64,000 bases of DNA from Mustelus asterias (lineage: Eukaryota). The stretch lies in the NCBI RefSeq assembly GCF_964213995.1, contig NC_135807.1:54932001-54996000 (forward strand). The letters run 5' to 3'. Shown here in pieces: positions 24,871-35,479 of this stretch. Position numbers and translations under genes: made by a program. Each line of letters begins with the position of its first letter. Positions within the stretch are counted from its first letter, which is position 1. The notes under the pieces were generated by a model. It did no database searches, had not been told where the DNA came from, and was given only the letters and a program-made list of their open reading frames with translations.

Positions 24871-27012
24871 AATGTGGTGAACCATAGATGGTTACCACTA
24901 TGGGTACTTGTACATGGGTGTGCAGGCTTCCAATGCAGACTTTGAAACTCAGCCAAACACTCATAATGGATTCAGTTGTCAAGACAAGCCACCACAGCTC
25001 CAGACAATGAAAACTATTAAAACTGAAAGAACAGATAGTTATTTTCCTAAGCTGCACCAGGTGACCTGTCATTAAAAGCAGTCCAGAAACAGGTGGTTGT
25101 GCTTTTTTCCTAAATTTAAGCAGCAGGCTATATTTTTTTCAAAAGTAAAGCACTATGGACATTTAAATCATTTTAGACCATGACAGGATCAAAAACTGTT
25201 TCCTACAGTTTCAAATGTGCTATACAAATGGGAAAATACTCGAATCTGTTTTAACACATATACAATGCTTGAAAATGTAATGGTCAACTTTTCTTTGCAG
25301 GATGGAGCCCAATAATCAATCACTGAATTAATAAACACTTAACTTATAGGACAGCCTCCAACAATGACATTTAATTTATCAAAAATATTTACCATTTGCG
25401 TGTCAGAGTTCCCAATTCTTCAGCAGCCTCACCCCCCCACCCCTCAATATTCATTAGCTCTCTTATCTGATGGGCTTTCCAAAGGCTTCCAAAGCCCACC
25501 TGACCTGACAAAAGTACTGTGGGACATTAAATACAAATTGCCCAAAACCTAACCAAAATCTATGTCCACCTATGGAAGGTTTGTGTGGGATCTTCCTGAA
25601 GGGAAAATGTAACTTTCTGGTCCAGCAGCTGCAACTTTACCAATTCCTGCACCCATTCCCGATTTGTTTGAGACACAGAATTATACACAGTTTGCTGTCA
25701 CCAAGTTTCAATTCAAGTTTCATATAACATCCTAGTTGTTCAATTCTGGACCTCGAGAAATAAACTCCAGTGTTTGGTCTGTTATTTTATGCCCTTATTA
25801 ACCTGTTTCACTATTTTTTAATGATTTATGTATCTGTACCCCAGATCCCTTTGTTCTTCTACACAACTCAAGCTTTAGGGTTTGATTTTGCAAACCTGAT
25901 TCGGGACCACACAGGTGGGAGCAACAAAATGGATTTTGAGCGTGGACTGGATGTCCTGCCCCTATTTCCATCTCCAGCTATATTCAATGGTGTAGAAAAG
26001 GGGGTGGAATGGCTACCTCACATCCTACCGTTTAGAAGTTGTGCATTTCAGGATTCTGCCATTTTCAGCAAGGCAGCTGCATTTTGGAAGTCTTCTCAGA
26101 TCTGATGAGCGGAGACATGAGCCATGGATTGGAGGCAGCCAGAGTCTAAAAGACACGCAACAATGGTGTTGTCCCCTACAGTTAATCATGGAATGAAGTA
26201 GCCTGAGGTATATCTTTATTTATCATAATTAGTTATGACAGTGTTGTGATAGGAAAAGGTAAGTGGCTAAATAAACTGTTGCCAGGCTGTCACTTCTGAT
26301 AACTAGCAAGCTGTCAAGTGAAAGAACATTGCTTCAAAAGTGAAAAAAGTCTAGACATGCATTAGAAGAGTTCATCCACAGGGCTATTCTGCATTGTCCA
26401 ATATTGAAAGTATAGTTCAGTGTGTGATGAATTGTTAGTTGGTTAAACTTTTCCCATGGCTTTCGTTCATCCTTCTAAGAACATCTCAACCATCTCCTTC
26501 GCTGTTTCAAAGTTTTGACAGATGTCTGATGTTTCATTCATTTTTTAAAAGAATAACTCAGCCATCTTTTTGGCTGTCTCCAAAGCATTAATTGATTTGG
26601 TAATAAAAGGTCTGAATTCACAGCTGTGCAGAGGAATGTCAATTTGATGACTTGGCTTCCTTCCAAGGCATTACATGCAAGGTTTGTTTACACAGATGAT
26701 CAGGGGTATCAGGGGTGTATGAATTTGTTTATTTTGATAGATTTATGAGCTTCCAGGAGATTAATAGTTTTTCAAGTATCTATTGAAGTGATGCAATTGA
26801 GGTTTATTCTCCAGCCAAGGAGAGTTATTTTCTGTCCAGAAACAGACTGAACCTGAAATATTAATATCACCAGTGGCCAAATTTGAGAGAATAACTGGAT
26901 CTATATTTTTCCAGATCTTTTCCACAGCTCACAGAGCAAAGAGAAACAGCAGATTATGAAGAGAAGTAGAGTCTTATGGCTTATTCTAAAGTAGTCCAGC
27001 ACAGAAACATGT

Positions 27013-27130
27013 GGTGGGATTTTCCAGCTCTGTCCACTGCTGAGATCATCCAGTCGTCAATGGACTTCTGGCTGGAACATCGCCTCCCCCCACAATGGGT
27101 CTCATTATGGCAGGGCCAGAAAATGCCAGC
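27013..27130. mobile_element. Short MITE
   Basis: TIR ggtgggattttc / gaaaatgccagc; 3-bp TSD tgt on both sides. Confidence 0.65.
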
Positions 27131-27251
27131 TGTAATTATTATGGCCAGAGAAGTCCAGTAATTTAAAGCCAGGTTTAAGACAAAATTCATTTTTGGGTTC
27201 AAGTCACATTCCAGATATCTGAGCACAAAGCCAACTAAAAACTAACACAAT

Positions 27252-28549
27252 GGGCGGAAATCTCCCCAAAAAATTCCAAGTATCGAATTCGCGTGAAAAC
27301 GAGTAATTCACACTGTCTTTTTTTCAGTGGGAGTTGAGAGAAGAATCTACCACACACTGTGCACTGCAGAGGCCACTGGCGTAAATATCATTAAATTTCA
27401 GGAGGTGGGGCCTATTCCCACTGGAGAGGCTGAAATCAGTGTGCTGAGCGGGCCACTGCACAGGCATCGATCTTCAGTGCCGAGATCGGCACATGCGCAG
27501 TGGCTCCGCACTGATGGCCTCTCAATTGCTGGCCAGCGATCCCCGCAACACCGGCTCTCCACACCCCCCACGGGCCGATCACTAGCCTCCATTCTTGGGC
27601 CCAGCCCCGACACCGGCCTCCCGGCCCTCTGCGATCTCCAACCCCCCCCCCCCCCCACCAGTCTCCCCCCCCACCGCAGCCCCTCCCACCGCCCCCCCCC
27701 ACCGCACTGCCCCCCACCGCACCCCCCCCCCACCGCCCCCCCCACCGCACCCCCCCCCACCGCCCCCCCACCGCACCCCCCACCGCCCCCCCCCCCACCG
27801 CCACCCCCCACCCCCCCCCACCCCACCCACCCCCACCCCACCCACCCCCCCCCCACCCAACCCCCCCCATGCCCCCCCCCCACTCAATGCCGACATCCCC
27901 AGCAGGCTGACCACCCCCCTGGCTGACCCACCCACAGCCTGCCTCAATCGCTGGCCTCCCTGCTTCCCCCACCGATCCTTATGCACAGTGGCAGTGGGAC
28001 CCCCTACCCCCACTGTTCGCCCCTGGGCCCTGTACTATCTGCCCCACCCCCTTGGCACTGCCCCATGCCTGATGCCCCAAGGTGCCCCCTGGCATTTGGC
28101 ACTTTGCCTGTTGGACAGTGCTAGGGGGCACAGGCTGGCACTGCCAGGATGCCAATGGCCAGGGGGTACCACCACCGCCCGATCCTCTAGGGGCCCCGAT
28201 TGCCCCCCTCTCTATTCAGCGGGGTCGGGCTGCTAGTTCCCCGTTAGTGGGGAGCTACTGTAAACCCTGCTGGAGTGAACCTCTCTCGCAGTGAGGGAGA
28301 TGCTAGTGGGTCTGGAGACTTCAGTCCTGGGCCTGCTAATCTCATTCAAATTATATTTAAATGACCATTTAAATGGTCCTTGCGCCTCCCCGCCAATTTC
28401 CAGCAGGGAGCAGACACTGTTTGAAATCTGGCACTGGGAGACGCAAGCAGTGTGCGAATACACACGCGAACCCCACAAATCGGCAGATGTGAGAATCTCC
28501 CAGCCACTGCGTTAAAAAATTAGCGCAGCAGGATTGGAGAATCACGACC
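27252..28549. mobile_element. 1.3-kb GC-rich MITE with an expanded C-rich core
   Basis: TIR gggcggaaatctcc / ggagaatcacgacc; TSD aat at 27249-27251 and 28550-28552; oppositely oriented relative at 58962-60020. Confidence 0.8.
27640..27900. repeat. C-rich low-complexity array of (ccaccgccccc)-like units
   Basis: Read directly; accounts for the Pro- and Gly-rich spurious ORFs. Confidence 0.9.
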
Positions 28550-29038
28550 AATAAGATTGTGAATCAACAGGGCACTGCTACTTTCAGATATCACTGCTGC
28601 CTTCATTAATTGTCTGCTCAGTCTTTACTGGAGAATCGTCAAATTGTATTTGACATTTTAAATATTTCATAAAATTTTACTTACAGTTATTGACTTTTTT
28701 GACTTCCTATATTTAGATACCCTGAAAATTTCTGTTAGATGCTCTTCCATTTGGTGTAGAATTTCTTTTGCTTGAAAAACTGCCACTGCCCATTATTTTA
28801 ATTAATTGGAGTCGCACTCAGTCTTTGAAGTATCTCTTTTTTAAGTTTGTTGCTGTCATTTCGTTGTTGAATGTGACTATTGGGCTTTCTATTGAAGGCA
28901 ATGGGTTCTGACAAGTATATCAGCAGTTAATTACTCAGAAAAATGCATTCTTCAATTTCCATTCAACTCAAGTGCCAGATGTTCTGATCTGTTGTTTTTT
29001 TATTTCCCCTCAACTATTTGTTCATGTCAGCCTTTGGG

Positions 29039-29740
29039 TGATGCTCTTCCCTAGAAAGCCAGTTGGGGAATGATAGAACTGGAACCAATCCTTACACACT
29101 TTTACAAGCTTTATTTACAGAGCTATAGATTACAAACGTATACTTCCTAATCCAACCTCCACACTTTTAATCTGTCTATTTATAGGGATTCACATGAATC
29201 ACTAGTAAATGCCAACCATCTGCATGCAATTAGACACCATTAATATAAAATTAACAGATTCCCTTCTCTCTTTAAATAAAGATTAGTGTTAATATGTATA
29301 AGCAAAATTTCAAAGCAAATTAAACCAAATAGCTCCATACAAAGCATTACATGGTGAGACAACCCTCCACTAGGACTGCTAACAATTTTTAATACATATT
29401 TATTTTTGTAAAATAAATTGATGAAATGCATCAACCCATTTATTTTTAGTAATTCCCTTTCTCTTCACATTTGATTCATGTTTGCAAGGTGAATCTGTAA
29501 TGCTTTCTCATTCACAATTTTTATAGAGTGCACCTTATCCCACAATGAGTAATTATCGATGGAACAATCAATGGATATACAATCTTCAATATGTCAATGT
29601 GCAAAATCTCACTTCAAATATTTGACAAATAAGAGTCCCATATGTACTGCCTTCAGAAGAACCAGAGTTTCAGCATCCAATGTACTTGAGCTGAACACCA
29701 CATCCTCCTCTTCCTGTGCATATTATCACATGCCCATGAA
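29039..29740 (-). mobile_element. Ty1/copia LTR retrotransposon 3' remnant (RNase H, PPT, 3' LTR)
   Basis: Minus strand reads STLDAETL..AV.M / YLSNI*SEIL / IDNYSLWDKVHS.K.VNEK.LQI / KWVD; PPT aaagagagaagggaa at 29259-29273; TG..CA LTR at 29039-29256. Confidence 0.75.
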
Positions 29741-29758
29741 CCATCTGAAGCTTGTGAG

Positions 29759-30001
29759 TCAGGTGAGATTGAGGGGATGGAGGGGTGACAGAAGGAGGTT
29801 TATGTCTGCAGATACCCCCATTATTGGTCCCTCCAATTCGACCAGTAGGGGAGCCTCAGTGATGCCCCTCCCTATGATGACCAGGACTGGTTCCTCCATG
29901 CGAGTTAAAACATTCAGACATGTTTGACCTCCTCCAGTTTGTTGCACTGCATCACCTTCTCCCGCAAGGAAGGCTGAAGTGCAGCAGTAAGTGTCCTGCA
30001 T
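29759..30001 (-). pseudogene. Harbinger accessory Myb/SANT-like protein fragment
   Basis: QQTGGGQTCLNVLTRMEEPVLVIIG matches the TGGG..LT..EE motif of NAIF1/MSANTD-type Harbinger proteins. Confidence 0.6.
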
Positions 30002-30205
30002 TATTGCTTGGATGATGTGGCTGCCATGGTTGAATGGCTGCCACTGAATGAGAGCTATGATTTGTGTGATGCTAAAATCCTAAATGTGTGAGGATGAGGT
30101 GAAGTGTATGAATAGTAAGATTGAGTACTGATTGATAGAGATTGCTGTAGGTCTGTGATGGCAGTGTAGAGGATTAAGCATTGGGCAAGGCTACTTGTTA
30201 TGGTG

Positions 30206-30510
30206 TGCGGCACGGTGGCATAGTAGTTAGCACTGCTGCCCCACAGCAGGGACCCGGGTTCTATTCCTGGCTTGGGTCATTGTCTACAGGGAATCTGCAG
30301 GTTCTCCCCGTGTCTGCATAGGTTTCCTCCGGGTGCTCCGGTTTCCTCCCACAGTCCAAAAGATGTGCTGGTTAGATGCATTGGCCATGCTAAATTCACC
30401 CCCAGTGTACCCAAACAGGCGCCGGAGTGTGGCGAGTAGGGGATTTTCACAGTTACTTCATTGCAGTGTTAATGCCAGCCTATTTGGGACACAAATAAAA
30501 AGATTAAGTT
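30206..30510 (+). mobile_element. HE1-head SINE with an alternative (non-CR1) tail
   Basis: Same tRNA head as 6803, but the tail is gtgtaccc..ggattttcacagttacttcattgcagtgttaatg..aataaa. Confidence 0.85.
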
Positions 30511-31431
30511 TCCATCCTTTCATAGAGCAGGTTAAATTCATTGTTTTGTATCACTGTCCCATGTTATCCAACAATAGTTGCTGAGCGGAACTTGCCTTTT
30601 CAGTTGCTTGATGATGAATTTGAAATAGCATTTAAAGATTAAATTCACTGAGCTTGACCATTTGTGTAAGGTCACTAGATGTCTTTCTGTAATGCACCCA
30701 TATTCTTGGAGCTGCACTCCTGGTATTGACCTCGATCTTTACTTCTCCCTGTCTCCTGAGCATATATCTGGAGGAACTCCAGCCCCCTGTGGATACAGAC
30801 TGTCCTTCCCTTCCACTCCTTACACCAAGACCTCCAGTCCACTGTTCACATGTTCAGCCATTCCTCAAGGTATGGAGAGCATTGGCTGCATGGAGTAATC
30901 ATTTTAAACATCACGCAGCATGATTTTGCTATGCTTCTTGCATTGCGGCATATGGGAGCAAGTTATTCATCTGTCACTATCATCGTGCTATTTTCTGTGT
31001 TTGTCCAGTTTATGCCCAATGTCTCCAAACAATGGGAGACAGACCTGTTTCTGTAGGTGATCCAGGAGGTCATCGGCAAGAACTCTGTGTCATTCTGCTA
31101 TTCAGCTCACAAAGCATTTTAATAACCTAACCAAGACAGGGAAGGTAATTGCAATGTCTCATTCACCTACCTCCTGCTCTGTACGTCATGCCCCCCAGCA
31201 GTCTCAACTTTACTCGTTAAGCTTACTTCAGCACATCACTCCTCACACCAACTTACTGAGCAAGTACAGCCTTCCTCCTCTTTCAGTGTATATTCTCACA
31301 TCCCCATCTATCCAACCGCCACTCACCCCCGTTCTTGTACAATTTGATGCATCTCCTTGAGAGTCACACCCACCAAATGCACTGCATCTACTGGATGAAC
31401 ACATGCTATTACAGTCATTCATTGACCTCTG

Positions 31432-31624
31432 TTAGATAGATAGTTAGATAGGATCCTACAGTGCAGAAGGAGGCCATTCAGCCCATCGTGTCTGCACTGA
31501 CCAAAATCCCACCCACGCAGACACAGGGAGAACGTACAAACTCCACACAGACAGTGACCCAAGGCTGGAATTGACCCTGGTGCTGTGAGGCAGCAGTGCT
31601 AACCACTGTGCCACCATGCTGCCC
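31432..31624 (-). mobile_element. HE1-type SINE with an internal deletion
   Basis: Head gggcagcatggtggcacagtgg and tail are present; the central part is missing at ~31513. Confidence 0.85.
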
Positions 31625-31629
31625 TAAAG

Positions 31630-31702
31630 TGGAGAATGTGGGCATCGATCCCACTGCCTCTCACATGCAAAACGAGCGCTCTACCATTTGAGCTAATTCC
31701 CC
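31630..31702 (-). tRNA. tRNA-Ala(TGC): tRNA-Ala with anticodon TGC (gene or recent pseudogene)
   Basis: ggggaattagctcaaatggtagagcgctcgttttgcatgtgagaggcagtgggatcgatgcccacattctcca, 73 nt; acceptor, D and T stems pair; G3:U70 Ala determinant present; anticodon stem has two G:U pairs; no T4 terminator directly downstream. Confidence 0.85.
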
Positions 31703-31989
31703 CAACTTGACTGCTGTGCCTGTTCTTTCTTCTGTTGCAAGAGAAGAGAGGGCAGAACACCAGGAAAAGGGAGAGAGCCAGAGATGGCCTCCACAGATCT
31801 CACCTTTGATAACAGCAATGGAAAAGGTTCTTGAGATCAATGGCGTCTCATGATCCTTAGCCATTGGAGATCAGGGAAGGGACCTGCCAGCTACCTGCTA
31901 ACAAAAGGAAGTATAATGGCACACACATTAAACAAAAATCAGTCATGTTGGTTTGTTTATGGCAGCGAATGAGAAGGTTCACTCGACTG

Positions 31990-32461
31990 ATTCTTAAGAT
32001 GAGGTGTTTGTCTTATGAGAACTGATTAAGCAGGTTGGGCCTATGCTTATAGGCGTTTAGAGGAATGTGAGCAGATTTTATGGGAACATGTAAGATTCTG
32101 AGGAGTCTTGATAGGGTAGATGCTGAGAGAATGTTTCCCCTCCTGGGGGAATCTAAAGCTGGAGGGCACCATTTAAAAATAGGGGTTATCCCATTTCAGA
32201 TGGAGATCAGGAAGAGTTTCTTCTCTGAGGGTTGTTAATATGTGGAATTCTCTTCTACAGAGAGCAGCAGAAACTGAGTCATTGAATATATTTGATGGTG
32301 AGTTGGAACATTTTTTGATTGACAAGGGAGTCAAGGGAGGGGGGTGCAGGCAGAAAAACGGAGTTAAGCTCACAATCAAATCAGCCATGATCTTATTGAA
32401 TGATGGAGCAAGGTCAATAGGCCAAATGATCTCCTCCGGCTCCTATTTCTTATGTTCTTAC
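31990..32461 (+). mobile_element. CR1 3' fragment
   Basis: FFS.RVVN.WNSL coding region and tatttcttatgttctta tail. Confidence 0.8.
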
Positions 32462-33377
32462 AATTATGTTCAGAATGATAACTTGCCACAGCCTTACCTT
32501 GCCAGCGTTTTTTTCAAAATTTATTCATTCACAGCATGTAGGTTTCACTGGAAAAGTTAACATTTATTACCCATCCCGAACCGTGAGCAAACTCTAATAT
32601 ATATTTCTCCTCAAAAGCCTTCTTGGCTGCAGCAAGAGTCCATAAATGTTGCAGATGATAAATTCTGAGAGGAATTGATTCTTGCTGAGGCTACACTATC
32701 ACAGGACTAATGCTCACTGTGTACCTGCACAGATACTAACTTTGGCTGGACAGATATTTGGGTTTTTATGAAGTCACTCACATTTCCCAGTGTGCAAGAG
32801 GAGACACTGTTGACAGGGCCAGTGTCAGAGATTCCTCTCCAAGCTCTGCTCAGCTAGACATTGATCCTGGGGCCATTGATGAAATGGAGAAACAGTGACG
32901 GGCATAAGAAACTATGCAATTTACTGACTGACCTTCCAAGTACACTGTCCACCATGGAAGAAAGAATGAAGGATCAGCTCAAGCATGAGTGGATTAATGA
33001 CACAGGGCATTGTGAGGATGTCTTCTTGTAGGTATTGTTCCAAATTCAAGCAACATCAATCATGGAAATTAACTGAGTCAATGTACGCCTTGACAACAGC
33101 CATGTATGTTCTGGATGCCAACAAGTCTGCCATTTTAAATAGAATGGCAGACATCTTAGCCTTAACCTTACAGCTTCACACAGACCTGCACCAACTGCTC
33201 TCCATAATTTATGAGAGGAATGTTGGCAAAAAGGGGACATATTAGTCAGGACTCCATTTAACGATGCTGGCTAGGGGCCTGGCATGTCCCCAATTAGGCC
33301 CAACCCCATTTCTTGCATCCCCACCAAGGTCTGACTGTGCCCCTCTGAGGCCCAAATCTCCCTCTCCCAGACTTCGA

Positions 33378-35142
33378 ATAAGAACATAAGAACATAAGAA
33401 CTCTGAGCAGGAGTAGGCCATCTGGCCCGTCGAGCCTGCTCCGCCATTCAATAAGATCATGGTTGATCTTTTCGTGGACTCAGCTCCACTTACCCGCCTG
33501 CTCACCATAACCCTTAATTCCTTTAGTGTTCAAAAATGTATCTATCCTTGCCTTAAGAACATTCAATGAGGTAGCTTCAACTGCTTCACTGGGCAGGGAA
33601 TTCCACAGATTCACAACCCTTTGTGTGAAGAAGTTCCTCCTCAACTCAGTTCTAAATGAGCTCCCTCTTATTTTGAGGCCATGCCCCCTAGTTCTAATTT
33701 TACCTGCCAGTGGAAACAACTTCCCTGCTTCTATCTTATCTATTCCCTTCATAATCTTATATGTTTCTATAAGATCTTCCTTCATTCTTCTGAATTCCAA
33801 TGGGTATAGCCCCAGTCTACTCAGTCTCTCCTCATAAGCCAACCCTCTCAATTCTGGAATCAATCTAGCGAATCTCTTCTGCACCCCCTCCAGTGCCAGT
33901 ATATCCTTTCTCAAGTAAGGAGACCAAAACTGTACACAGTACTCCAGGTGTGGCCTCACCAGCACCTTATACAGCTGCAACATAACCTCGCCATTTTTGA
34001 ACTCCAACCCGCTAACAATGAAGGACAAAATTCCATTTGCCTTCTTAATTACCTGCTGCACCTGCAAACCAACTTCTTGTGATTCTTGCACAAGGACACC
34101 CAGGTCCCTCTGTACAGCAGCATGCTGCAATTCTTTACCATTTAAATAATAGTCCATTTTGCTGTTATTCCTACCAAAATGGATGGCCTCACATTTACCA
34201 ACATTGTACTCCATCTGCCAGACCCTTGCCCACTCACTTAGGCTATCTGTATCCCTTTGCAGACTTTCAGCATCCTCTGCACACTTTGCTCTGCCACTCA
34301 TCTTAGTGTTATCTGCGAATTTTGTCACATTACACTTGGCCCCCAACTCCAAATCATTATGTAAATTGTGAACAATTGCGGTCCCAACACTGATCCCTGA
34401 GGCACACCACTAGTCACTGATCGCCAACCAGAAAAACACCCATTTACCCCCACTCTTTGCTTTCTGTTAGTTAACCAATGCTCTATCTATGCTAATACAT
34501 TACCCGTAACACCGTGCACCTTTATCTTATGCAGCAGTTTTTGGTGCGGCACCTTGTCAAATGCCTTCTGGAAATTCAGATACACCACATCCACAGGTTC
34601 TCCATTGTCCACTGCGCATGTAATGTTCTCAAAGAATTCCACCAAATTAGTCAAACATAACCTGCCCTTCATGAATCCATGCTGCATCTTACCAATGGGA
34701 AAATTTATATCCAGATGTCTCGCTATTTCTTCTTTGATGATAGATTCAAGCATTTTCCCTACTACAGAAGTTAAGCTAACCGGCCTATAGTTACCCACCA
34801 TTTGTCTACCTCCTTTTTTAAACAGTGGCGTCACATTTGCTGTTTTCCAATCTGCAGGAACCACCCCAGAGTCCAGCGAATTTTGGTAAATTACCACTAG
34901 TGCATTTGCTATTTCCCCCGCCATCTCTTTTAGTACCCTAGGATGCATTCCATCAGGACCAGGAGACTTGTCGACCTTTAGTCCCATTAGCTTGCCCAAC
35001 ACTACCTCTTTCGTGATAATGATAGTTTCTAGGTCCTCACCTGCCATAGCCTTCTTGTCATCAATATTTGGCATGTTATTTGTGTCTTCCACTGTGAAGA
35101 CTGACACAAAATACCTGTTCAATGCCTCAGCCATTTTCTCAT
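33378..35142 (-). mobile_element. 5'-truncated CR1 with the RT largely readable
   Basis: ORFs 34487..35134 (KSPGPDG, NYRPVSLTS, FQKAFDKVPH) and 33480..34352 (KFADNTK..); (ttcttatg)n tail. Confidence 0.95.
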
Positions 35143-35479
35143 CTCCCCCAGCCCCATCCTATCTACTTATTACAGACTCTTAACTTCACCCTGACCTGTC
35201 AAATTTAATGGACCTTTAAACTTACCTGGTTTACGGCAGCAAGTGCTGTAAAAAAAAAGAGCGTAGCCTCTTCATTCCTACTCGTATCACTTTGATGCTG
35301 GGCCTCGGGGGTGAACTGTGTTGCCTGGATCTCATCTGGCCTTAGTCAGAAGGTTAGATGCCACAAGATCGGAAGAACAATCCCCTAAGTAATTGAGTAC
35401 GGAGTTGCAATCTGACATTGATTACTATTCCAAGGATACTACAATCCATTGACTATAAATAGCTGATGCTCCAGAACTG

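Larger units (their letters stand above)
30560..33240. mobile_element. Highly degraded Harbinger-like relic interrupted by a SINE, the tRNA and a CR1
   Basis: Myb-like pieces on + (FNNLTK near 31115; GLHRSHL..AMEKVLEI near 31790-31840) and possible transposase traces on - near 30580-30920. Confidence 0.4.

Noticed and set aside
27327-28236. Long Pro-rich and Gly-rich ORFs
   Set aside because: Artefacts of the C-rich array inside a MITE.
26300-29030. Coding-like decayed stretches flanking the MITE
   Set aside because: Only short open frames with no motif I can assign.
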